From positions 119,756 through 183,755 of the forward strand of contig CDRNVI010000042.1 in assembly GCA_977017575.1 (NCBI GenBank): a stretch of 64,000 bases of DNA, given 5' to 3'. This DNA is from Paramoeba atlantica (lineage: Eukaryota > Protista > Discosea). The translations under genes were made by a program, and so were the position numbers. This document shows positions 31,012 through 40,900 of the stretch, one piece after another (position 1 is the stretch's first letter; each line of letters starts with the position of its first letter). A model generated the notes under the pieces. The model was not told where the DNA came from and searched no databases. It saw only the letters and a program-made list of their open reading frames with translations.

Positions 31012-31548
31012 ATGTCCCTTGACACTAGCGTCGGCGAAGCTGGCAGTGCGACAAGTCGTTCTATGCGCGACATCACAGATCTTCATTGGGAAATTAATCA
31101 GGCTTTGAAATCCGTGAAGCCTACTCTTCCATGTCTTGTGCATTTGCGCATTTGCGTATCACAAGAATATTCGGAGGAAAGTGCACAAACAAAGAGAGGT
31201 GATTCCGTCTTTATTTTACCGCTGTACATAAAACCTGAGCATACGTTACAACAAATTGGCACGACAATATATCAAAGGGTTATGTTACGTCGAATCGTGG
31301 GGAATGATCAACAAAGAATCATACCAGTATCAAAAGAGCTTTCTTTTTGTGCAAACCAGATAGGCTTAGATCTAAGACTTTTGAAACCCATAAAGCAGGT
31401 AACGTTTTCCACGCCAGATATGTTCAAGCAATCTTCATGTAATAAAGATATTGCGACGATTTATCCTGGACAGACACAAGAAAATACTGCTACACTAGAC
31501 AGTCTGCACTGGCGTCCAGGAAGCTCGCTTCTTGCAAGTGTTCTATAA
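31012..31548 (+). CDS. SAP18: SAP18-like ubiquitin-fold protein
   Basis: PCLVHLRI, LYI...TLQQI, KELSF, KDIATI and TLDSLHWRPGSSL follow the SAP18 pattern; identification by recall. Confidence 0.55.
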   Translation: MSLDTSVGEAGSATSRSMRDITDLHWEINQALKSVKPTLPCLVHLRICVSQEYSEESAQTKRGDSVFILPLYIKPEHTLQQIGTTIYQRVMLRRIVGNDQQRIIPVSKELSFCANQIGLDLRLLKPIKQVTFSTPDMFKQSSCNKDIATIYPGQTQENTATLDSLHWRPGSSLLASVL

Positions 31549-31824
31549 TAAAACAACATACACGAAGTACATAAATTTTAGATGCTCTGGGGCTCACCCA
31601 CCTTCATAGAATGTGACGCTGTAGTTTTCTACGGCTGTAGCTCTAATTTTATGCCGATGCCGCAAATTTCGACGTTGGGAAGTTGGCATCAAATATTGTC
31701 TACATAACGAGAACGCTAGGAAATTCATATAGAAAAGTAGTAATTCAGATGTCTTAAATGACGTTTACAATTGTAATGTTTTGCTATGAAGTGACTATAG
31801 ATATTCGACGAATATATATGTATT

Positions 31825-33807
31825 ATGAGATTATATGCCACTGCTTGGAATTTCGGAGCTGGAAAACTGAGAGCTGAAATCTCCCAACCCCAAATACGTC
31901 CCCTGAAATGGATACTAGGCGAGAACGAAATGTCAGCTCAAATGATCGAAAAAGACGCCCAGTTGCAAGAATTGAGCATCGCAAGCCGAAATAAAGGTTT
32001 TACCTTAAGGCTTGGGAAAATATATCGATCGGAGAGTGAGCCACTTCTTGTGTTTCTATCACTTAGACATAACTTGTCAGATAAGGAAACATTTTATACC
32101 ACTGTTGATGTCTCTCCGCACATGCATGACTTCTTATGTACTTGCGATGACCTTGTCCTTAATTTCGCCTCTTGTGAAAATTATGAAATCAGTGAACACT
32201 GCAATCCGTTATTCATTAATCCTTGTTATCTATTCCGACCGCATCTAAGAGATAAGATAGATTATCCATATTGGATTTATCTTTCTGTAAATAATGCGGC
32301 CTCCGATGCTCAACTCACTGGAATGCTGGCAGCTATTCGTTTAGAATACAGATTACAATCCGGAGCGAATGGGACAAACGATATGTCTATGTTACTTGAA
32401 GACCTTGTTCACAATCAAGGTATCAGTTCAGCATCTTATACGACAATTCCCAAGATATCGGAAGTCATACATGAAGATCCAATAAAGAGCAGGTTACTAC
32501 GCCTAGAAGAATGTATACCTCTGGCCTCGGTTATTCTTCCCGGTAAGCTATATGTCGGCGGTGCAGAACCTGCAAAGGACCGAACACAGCTTCTTGCACT
32601 TGGCATTACACGAATCATCAACTTGAGCCCATCTAGTGTGCCGAACTACTATCCGGATTTGTTTTCATATGTAACGGTACCGGTCTATGATACCTCCTCA
32701 GAGGACATTGGAGCTCTGCTTCCATTTATTCTTCGCGCCATAGAGGGATCATCCAGTACGGAACGGCGTTTTCGTAGCTGTGTTCTAGAGGAAGATAAAT
32801 CGGACCTTTTCGAAGAGTCATTTGTAATCTATATGCATTGCCAACAAGGCGCTTCTCGGTCAGTTGCTTTTGCGGCGGCATATCTTATGTGGCGCTTCGG
32901 GATGTGCACCGATTCGGCGTTAGGACACATTAAAAACAAGCGGTCTATTGCAAGTCCGAACACCGGTTTTCTAGCACAATTGTTTGTTTATCAGGAAAAA
33001 TTGTCGAATCATGTCGCGCATGACTTCTATAGAGTCGGATACTACTTCGAACAAGACTGGGTATCGCGGTGCGAGGAATATGACATTTTCTTGGAAAACG
33101 TAAATGTTGTCAGTAATGCTCTACAGAATCCTCTAGTCTTGCACAAAGTGCACAGCGCAATACAGGATGAAGATATAACTAATGTTTCCTTCAATCAAAT
33201 ACAACTGGATTCCAGGTTTATTTACCTCCTGGAAACCTATAACTGCAGAGAAGATGTCGACGCATTGCACAACGGATTCTCTTCGCTTTGCCAATGGTGG
33301 ATTCCCCAGAACCTATTCTCCGAGCTCCAGGGGGGTGACACGAAAAATATTTCATCATGTGTTCTGTCCAGAAGTAGTCGACGATTTTTTTCTGACTTGC
33401 TGACTTGCACGTTTTCGCATATACGCTTTAGCCAATACACGAGGGACTTCTGTGAAGCCACTTCTAGCATTCTTTCGAGGCTTGTGGATCTTAATTTAGA
33501 TGTTTACGATATACAATGCAAGCAAGCTCAATCCAGCACTCGAAATGGAACTTCCATCATTTACCCTCTACGCTCTCTGCGTCTTACAGGAGGTGACGAA
33601 ACAGCTTTTACGTCACCTTTAGATGGATCAGTAAATGCGGACGACTGCGGAGACATTCATTATTCAAAATTTGAGTTGCCTATTCGTGTAACAAGTTATG
33701 GAACTGTAACACATAAAACAAGACCCAAAGAGCTAGTTCAAGCTGTACACCATCCCGGATTGAATGGTGCATTAAAGATGCTTAACGATACGTACTTAGC
33801 TCCGTAG
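31825..33807 (+). CDS. Dual-specificity protein phosphatase
   Basis: ILPGKLYVGG, LGITRIINLS, VYDTSSEDI, catalytic HCQQGASRS and PNTGF. Confidence 0.9.
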   Translation: MRLYATAWNFGAGKLRAEISQPQIRPLKWILGENEMSAQMIEKDAQLQELSIASRNKGFTLRLGKIYRSESEPLLVFLSLRHNLSDKETFYTTVDVSPHMHDFLCTCDDLVLNFASCENYEISEHCNPLFINPCYLFRPHLRDKIDYPYWIYLSVNNAASDAQLTGMLAAIRLEYRLQSGANGTNDMSMLLEDLVHNQGISSASYTTIPKISEVIHEDPIKSRLLRLEECIPLASVILPGKLYVGGAEPAKDRTQLLALGITRIINLSPSSVPNYYPDLFSYVTVPVYDTSSEDIGALLPFILRAIEGSSSTERRFRSCVLEEDKSDLFEESFVIYMHCQQGASRSVAFAAAYLMWRFGMCTDSALGHIKNKRSIASPNTGFLAQLFVYQEKLSNHVAHDFYRVGYYFEQDWVSRCEEYDIFLENVNVVSNALQNPLVLHKVHSAIQDEDITNVSFNQIQLDSRFIYLLETYNCREDVDALHNGFSSLCQWWIPQNLFSELQGGDTKNISSCVLSRSSRRFFSDLLTCTFSHIRFSQYTRDFCEATSSILSRLVDLNLDVYDIQCKQAQSSTRNGTSIIYPLRSLRLTGGDETAFTSPLDGSVNADDCGDIHYSKFELPIRVTSYGTVTHKTRPKELVQAVHHPGLNGALKMLNDTYLAP

Positions 33808-34024
33808 ATGATCCATGTGTTTTATTGTGATCTGCCTAGGCATGTGCAGGCATGCTCACCTTTGAATACATGCGTATTAAACAGTACTGAAGTATTAGCA
33901 GAATCCACTCGTTTTGTGCATTTCCAACGGTTGTTTATTTGTCGTTGATACTAAATTATTTATAATCATTTGTAGTTTCTTTGTATTCTGTAGGCTTGTA
34001 CTGATTTTTTATTTGTCTTGAGAA

Positions 34025-36535
34025 ATGCTTGATGAGACTTCTGAAGTAGATTATTACCAAACTCTAAACGTCGAGGCCGATTGCTCACAGGATGCAATAA
34101 AGAAAGCCTTTCGATCCGGAAGCGAACAATATCACACAGATAAGCATGCAGGTCAGAATGAGGAGCAGCAAAAACTCATGAATTCTCGGTTTCAGACTCT
34201 AAATGAGGCCTACCAAGTGCTGAGCGATCCGCGAAAACGTGTTGCATACGATAAATTTGGCAGAATAGGGGTGGACCGTTTTCTCCCGCTTGTCCCTGCC
34301 ACATTCGAGGGTGAACGACTGACTTATGGGTTGGATATTCTTGCCGCCCGGCAGGAACTAGCGCGCAGACAAAGCCATTCAACTGCTACAAGTGATTTAG
34401 AGATTGGTCTGGATGTACAACCGCTGAGCCAACGGTTGTTCGGGGAGGATGCGCCGTCTGCTACTCCAGAGACAGAAACCGAGATTGAGGATAGCACAGA
34501 GACTTTTCCAGAAGAGCGCGAAGCAGAACATGAGGGTAAACCCGTGGTCGATACCTCTATTATGGAGGACGCAGATGAAATGACGAAAGCAACCGAGACC
34601 AAGCTGAAATCTGTAGGAGCCAGCAATGTACCCTTCATCCCAGGGGTTGTAGAAGTCGATGGGAAAAAGAAAGTTGTGCTTATTCCTCAGTCCGAGGAAG
34701 TTCAAAAAAAGCTGGCCTCACGTCTTGGTATGCGCGTAGATGACACCAAGACTACTCCGCTAATTTCGATTTCCCGCCCACCCAAAACCCCCCTTCTCCG
34801 GGCTCTGCGCCTTTCACACAGTTTTCAGCAACCTATTGGCTCCAACACGATTAAGTTCTTTGCCTCTACACGGGCGCTGCAACCAGGCACTGGCATACTA
34901 GTAGGGGCAGACCTCTTTGCACCCCTTAGCGCGTGTGCCCAGGCGGGTGGGAAAGTCGTGCTTGGACCAGGGGGATTCAAATGCAGCTTGAGCTATGACC
35001 GCCAGCTCTCCCCATATTGGGGATGGAAGGAGAGGATTCACGTTGGGTGTGGAAATCGCGAGCTCGACGTCACGCCCATTAAGGCGGGCTGGTATACAGG
35101 GATGACCTTCAGTCTCCGTAGGAAATTGTCGCCATCGCTGAAGGGTGAGCTATCACTTACCGTGAATTCTCGACGTTATGGAACCTCTGTGCCACAGGAA
35201 ATAGAGGTTCCTTCCACGGCACTGCAACTGACAGTTCTGAACCATTCGGAAACGTCTGCGAGTGGCACTATGTGGCAGGGCATGCTCAATTTGGGGTACC
35301 AAACATTATCTTTTGCAATCGTGCGCCACTTAGAAAATTTTGACCCCAGACTTTCGAATTTACTTGATGCAAGAGCTACAGAAGAGAGAGTTACGACGAG
35401 TGGAACAAGACTATCTTGGACAACTATAGTTTGGCGAGCTTTAATTCCGATAATAGCCGTTACGCGCAGTGCCTTCTCCAAGGCATTAGAATTTTCTCCA
35501 CTCCCCACGGGTAGAAGGACATCTCGCAAGCATAAAAATCCTGTGAAGGAACGCGAACCCGATACATTGAAACCAGGTTATACCGAGTCCATCTCAAGCA
35601 GCACAGAGGAAGACGACTCCGACGATGAAAGTGAAGCAAGCGATGACGAAAATCCTGCAGTGATCCCAACAAGCACCACCGCTCCACTGAGTGCGCTTGC
35701 CACCGAGGCACCGAAAAAACCTCGACTGTCGGCCACGCAAAATGGCATGCTGGATATTTTCCACGCCCGCGTGGTATACAACACAGAGTGGTGGCTGCGA
35801 ATCACAAAATACCACCAGTTCGGGCTTCGGGTCTCCACCTCGTTTCCTCTTTTTGGCGTTCCCTGGTTCGCCGTGCTGGAACTCTCACCTGGATACCGTC
35901 ATATGCAGCACACAATTCGAATTCCTCTGCTGTGTTCCACTTCTACCCGAGTTACTGTCACAGCATTGTGGTCCCTGGTGCCCTGGACCGCATGTAGACT
36001 TCTTTCGCGATTTGTACTTTGTCCTCTATTGATGCTGTATCGGTTGCGAAAAGCAGCGCGCCATCGTACAGAAAACAAAGAGCATATGTGGGCTTCTTAT
36101 CACCATGCGTTACAGGAGCAGACTGCGTTGCTCGGTAGCACACCTGAACCACTGATTGTTGGAGATTTAGCTTGTGTAGGGCAACTTGAAATTATTAAAG
36201 CAGAGTATGGTGTGCTACAGCGCACTTCTTTTTTCAAAAAACAAGGGTTTAAGCCTGAAATTTTTAGGGATAGTAAGGAATCTGAATTACCTCCATCACC
36301 GCCCCTTAGTATTGATGTTTGCAGATCGCTACAGCAAAAGATTGAAAATAACTCAATTTTTCTTGCAAAGGGGTCAAAATCAGCACTCGCTGGATTTTAT
36401 GACCCAGAACCTACAGGTTACATACGAAAGCAGCTGCGCATCGAGTATAGATTTCGAAACAATTACCATTCCGTTACATACGACGACATGGACATTGTGG
36501 AGATTCCATTAGAAGAGCATGCAAAGCGTAGATGA
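34025..36535 (+). CDS. DNAJC11: DNAJC11-like J-domain protein (HPD replaced by HTD)
   Basis: N-terminal J domain (DYYQTLNV...AYQVLSDPRKRVAYD) and C-terminal DUF3395-like IIKAEYG...GFYDPEP...KQLRIEYRF. Confidence 0.78.
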   Translation: MLDETSEVDYYQTLNVEADCSQDAIKKAFRSGSEQYHTDKHAGQNEEQQKLMNSRFQTLNEAYQVLSDPRKRVAYDKFGRIGVDRFLPLVPATFEGERLTYGLDILAARQELARRQSHSTATSDLEIGLDVQPLSQRLFGEDAPSATPETETEIEDSTETFPEEREAEHEGKPVVDTSIMEDADEMTKATETKLKSVGASNVPFIPGVVEVDGKKKVVLIPQSEEVQKKLASRLGMRVDDTKTTPLISISRPPKTPLLRALRLSHSFQQPIGSNTIKFFASTRALQPGTGILVGADLFAPLSACAQAGGKVVLGPGGFKCSLSYDRQLSPYWGWKERIHVGCGNRELDVTPIKAGWYTGMTFSLRRKLSPSLKGELSLTVNSRRYGTSVPQEIEVPSTALQLTVLNHSETSASGTMWQGMLNLGYQTLSFAIVRHLENFDPRLSNLLDARATEERVTTSGTRLSWTTIVWRALIPIIAVTRSAFSKALEFSPLPTGRRTSRKHKNPVKEREPDTLKPGYTESISSSTEEDDSDDESEASDDENPAVIPTSTTAPLSALATEAPKKPRLSATQNGMLDIFHARVVYNTEWWLRITKYHQFGLRVSTSFPLFGVPWFAVLELSPGYRHMQHTIRIPLLCSTSTRVTVTALWSLVPWTACRLLSRFVLCPLLMLYRLRKAARHRTENKEHMWASYHHALQEQTALLGSTPEPLIVGDLACVGQLEIIKAEYGVLQRTSFFKKQGFKPEIFRDSKESELPPSPPLSIDVCRSLQQKIENNSIFLAKGSKSALAGFYDPEPTGYIRKQLRIEYRFRNNYHSVTYDDMDIVEIPLEEHAKRR

Positions 36536-36704
36536 GGGCTATTGTGGGCCTTGTAGAGTATGTAACAGGTGCGCATATTTATGAATGTTGAGCAAAAGCG
36601 TTGAATTGGAGAAGCAAAATTTTAACTCTCTTTTATCTGGATCTTCAAATAAAGTCTACCACGGATAGTCATAACACTTTCTCCATCTAATTTCATATTT
36701 ATTC

Positions 36705-37517
36705 ATGCTTCTTCCCAATACATACGCAGCAGATGATGCTTTACCTGCTCGCCCGGCCAAAGTTAGAGGCAACGCGCTGCCTGCTCAGTACGACCTTGCA
36801 CGTTTCCTACAAAACATCACAAACCTCCACCCTACTTGGACGACATACAATGACATAACTTCGTGGTATGGGGTAACGTGTGAGGAGGGAGAAGTCACTG
36901 AAATTCACTGGAATGGAATGTCACTACAGGGAACCATGAAATGGGCAGCGCTCCCCCCTACTGTCGTGCAGTTTGACGCAGGACAGAATGCAGTGGTCGG
37001 AACGCTTGAAACAGAAACGCTGCCACTGAACTTGCACCGTCTCAGAATGTACCAGAACAGGCTAGCGGGATTTCTAAATTTTTCTGCCTTACCCCCGGAG
37101 ATACAATACGTGAATTTAGCGAGCAATTTTTTTACTGGGGGCTTAACGCTTGAAGCTCTTCCGACCACATTATGCCGAATCTTGCTTCAAGGGAATGCGT
37201 TCAGCGGCGAGTTGGACCTTAGTGCACTACCCCCAAAATTAGACTCCATGGGGCTTCATGATAATAATTTGGAAGGTCCCGTGGAGCTTCGTTTTTTGCC
37301 GGAAAGCTTGGGCGTGTTGTACTTAAGCCTGAATCGCCTTTCAGGAGTGGCCTACCTGGACAAGCTCCCGAAAGAATTAACAGTGCTGCGGTTGTCCGAC
37401 AACTGCTTTGAAGGTTTTGTACCTACTCCTCCGCCGTTTCACGTGCAGTACGTGAGACAAGGAAATGTTGAGCGATGCGGCAAACGTTTGGCAATCCTTG
37501 CTCAAGGTAGGTCTTGA
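36705..37517 (+). CDS. Leucine-rich repeat protein (SWYGVTC cap + LRRs), paralog of 29640-30539
   Basis: Repeated LPxxLxxLxLxxNxxxG units. Confidence 0.9.
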   Translation: MLLPNTYAADDALPARPAKVRGNALPAQYDLARFLQNITNLHPTWTTYNDITSWYGVTCEEGEVTEIHWNGMSLQGTMKWAALPPTVVQFDAGQNAVVGTLETETLPLNLHRLRMYQNRLAGFLNFSALPPEIQYVNLASNFFTGGLTLEALPTTLCRILLQGNAFSGELDLSALPPKLDSMGLHDNNLEGPVELRFLPESLGVLYLSLNRLSGVAYLDKLPKELTVLRLSDNCFEGFVPTPPPFHVQYVRQGNVERCGKRLAILAQGRS

Positions 37518-37926
37518 ACCAGTGGTGCCAGTAAATCTCGTAATTTCTGATCTTTCTTTCACGTACACATGCTCGTTACGCCCAAAGGATATTTGCTCTG
37601 GTCCACTTCATATTTTAATCTTGAAAAGATGTAAAATATTCTTTTTGAAGATACCTTTCAGATGTTTATTTTTTATTTACTCTACGACGCCGTGCTTTCG
37701 CTCCTCAAAATTATCAGTGTTGAGTCTGGTACGCTTAGGCACGTTGCGTCGAAACCTAGGGGCATAGTATCTAATCAAACTTCACGCACTATGAATTACA
37801 ATAATATCACCTATTACGCAAGCAGAATAGTTTTTGAACAATTAAACAATTTCCCGAGGAATTGATTGAACGTATTTAGGATTTACTCTATATGTATCAT
37901 ACATGTTCTGCACTTAGACAGTATTC

Positions 37927-40900
37927 TTGGATTGCCCCAACAACTGCTACTTCATGCTGTTGAAATATTCCGATCAGAATGGCCAGCAGCTGTACAGAGA
38001 CGGCGAAGGGCCTGAGGCAAATCTCATTTGGTGTGATAATAAAATGTTGCGCTTGAACCTCCATATTCCTCATCTGGGTGAAGCGGGGATCGTGACGTCT
38101 GATTCTCAAGATAAACAAAGCATATCATCTTCGGCGTCGACGATTTTTTGCACACACAAATGTTCTTTTATAACGTTGGGCGAAGCGGAAAGACACGAGC
38201 TAACGATCTATGACACGGCGACCGAGGATATACAAGTCTTACCGCTCGATAATTTTCAACCACATCAATTAATTCCATTGAGCCATTACAGAGGTGTAGT
38301 TCTCATAGGTTCCACTGCAGTTACTAGATCCGATTTGAAAAGGTCAGAGCACAGCATTGCGTATTTTGTTAATCTAGAAGGTTCTCTGCACCCCATGCAG
38401 TTGTATCCGTTGGAACTATTGAGCTTTATTTCAGAGGAGCTGTACTCGTGTACTCCTAAAAAAAGCTTCCCGGCCTGTCAATTCGAGCCAGCGTCTATCC
38501 TAAAGGTGTTGGATATCACAAACGTGGATGCCTGTGCATTGCCTGCGTCGGTATTGACGACGAAAGACGATACAAAAGAGATTGGGTGCTATTTAGCGGT
38601 GATATGTGTGTTGGACATCGATTCCACACCTACGAAAAATAATGAGCATTCCCTTCAACATTACAGACTGCTACTCATTGCATTTGAGTTATCTCCTTGT
38701 GGATCCAAGCTTCGATGCTTTCCTTTGTCATACTTTGATCAGTGGAATTCATCGGGGTGTTCGTTAAGCGATGTCAGCGCTGCGCTTCAAATTCTTCATA
38801 CTGAAGATGACTTCATGGCGTGTATAGCCGTAAAGCATCCCGGTAAAGCTTTTCCTTTGGTAGATGACCCTTCTGGGGATGCCCACTCCTGGTGGATATC
38901 TTTGTACAATTACGACCTGCAAAAAAAGAACATTTTAAACTTACAGAAATGCCAATGGAATCTAGTACGCACGTTTCCTGTTGCATACCTCTCTCCCGGA
39001 TTCGTTATCAATTCACCCTCGGAATGGCCAGATATTTCTCTATCTCCAATGAGATGTCCTTCTGATGCGTACTTGTGGTCAAAAGTTGAACTTTTGAAAT
39101 GTCCCGAAACAAGGATGTTCATTTTTTTGTTGGAAATGACAGAGCAAATGTCTACTCGATCAACTTACGGGTATTATTATTTCCGTCCAAGAGACGGCAC
39201 GATAATTCCGGAAAATGACGTTCTGACGTTTACCGTTGAAAGGACACTGGATCTCTTGCATCAGAACAGGCACGATTCGGGACTACTAAGATCGCTCGAA
39301 CCATATGATACTCAAACAGGGGCATGTTTGAAGAATTTCCATCAAGTTTACCTAGAACATGCCCGCATCTCCTGTTCACTTCTAAGAGAGTTTCTTTATC
39401 TTGTACAAGAATCTGTCTGCGATACTACAGCCATGTATATTCGATCGTGGATAATTTGCAATAAAAATAAACCAAATGCCAACCAGACAGAATTTGCAGC
39501 TGCAGACCACGATTACGAAGACATCAAAAATGAATGGTTATATCTAAAGGAATATATTATTCGATTTGTTGGCACACAGAATTATGAGAGTGTTTCTGCG
39601 GAACGTGCTTTGAGTGCGACAGAGGATAAATCGCGGTTCCTCTCAAGCGCTATTGGGAACCACATACTTGCTAGTCTTCACTTACTGCGTGAATCAGTTT
39701 TGCTACAAGAGAAATATAGAAATGCATATTTAATGGTGCCTTCACTAATCGCTTTAGCAAAAGTAATAGGAGCCTGTAGTTATGAAAGGTACTATCAATC
39801 TTTTAACGATGCTAACGGACGCCTCCTTGAGGAATCTGTGTACGACCTGGAAGCGAAAACGGGAAAAGAAGATTTTCATTCACTTGTGATCTTGATTAAG
39901 CAGTCACACTTCAAAATAGCTCCATCGCATCTTTATAACGTAGTTTACCGAATATGTCAATACTTTGACGAGCAGTGCGTTCTGGATATTGAGACCTTAA
40001 TTAAATCTAGTCTTCGGAAAATAGTATCGTGCGCGGGCAGGCCACCAAGTAGAGCGTTTGAGCGTCATATTCCGAATTCTTTGTTTAAAAAGTACAATAA
40101 CATTATGTACTTATTCTCCATCATTTCATTTTTGCAGAGCACTGAGGAAAAGTACACAAATTTGACCGAAGCAATCGGTGTGCGTCATTCATGGTGGAAC
40201 AACTGGGAATCTATACGGAACGACGAACAGAAACACTTTTCTATTCAAGACGTAAATTACACTTACAGAAAAGGTGAAAAAAATCCCGCGGTTTTCCGAA
40301 TACTCAACGTAGCGGCGCAGCAACTCTGCGAATTAAACTCCTCTGTGGGCACGTCACTAAGAATTGAATTTAGAAAAAAAATTCTTCAAAATAGAGCTAC
40401 AGGCACAACGTCACAATTTTATGTTTTCATCGATAAAATAGAAATGATAAATGAGTCTTTGGAAGAGGGAAATCGTACTTTAGCATTGCAATTGAACGCT
40501 TCTCACACCTTAAAAATAGATAATTACGAGCAGGGCAACGACGTGCAGCCGATTCTGCGAAGACGGATGCTCAAAATATTGACACTACCCCTAGCACGTG
40601 GCCTACTTGGTCTGGCATCCCAAACTACGAATTCGATAAATCGGACTTCAGTGAAGAAATTGCCTCTTATCGCTTTGGAAGGAGTTGCGGAAAAGCTTAC
40701 TTTTGAAATCCAATGGAGTCAAGTAGAAGACATGTACCGAGATACGACGAGCACAGAAATAACTTTACATGGTTCTGTTCGTTCCACATTTATGTTTTGG
40801 GCTATTTTTCACAATGCTTGTTCGCACGGTTTAGCATTAATGCCTAATGCACGAGCCGACCCGAGTAAGATTTACTCAATAGAATACGCGAAGTCTCTAT

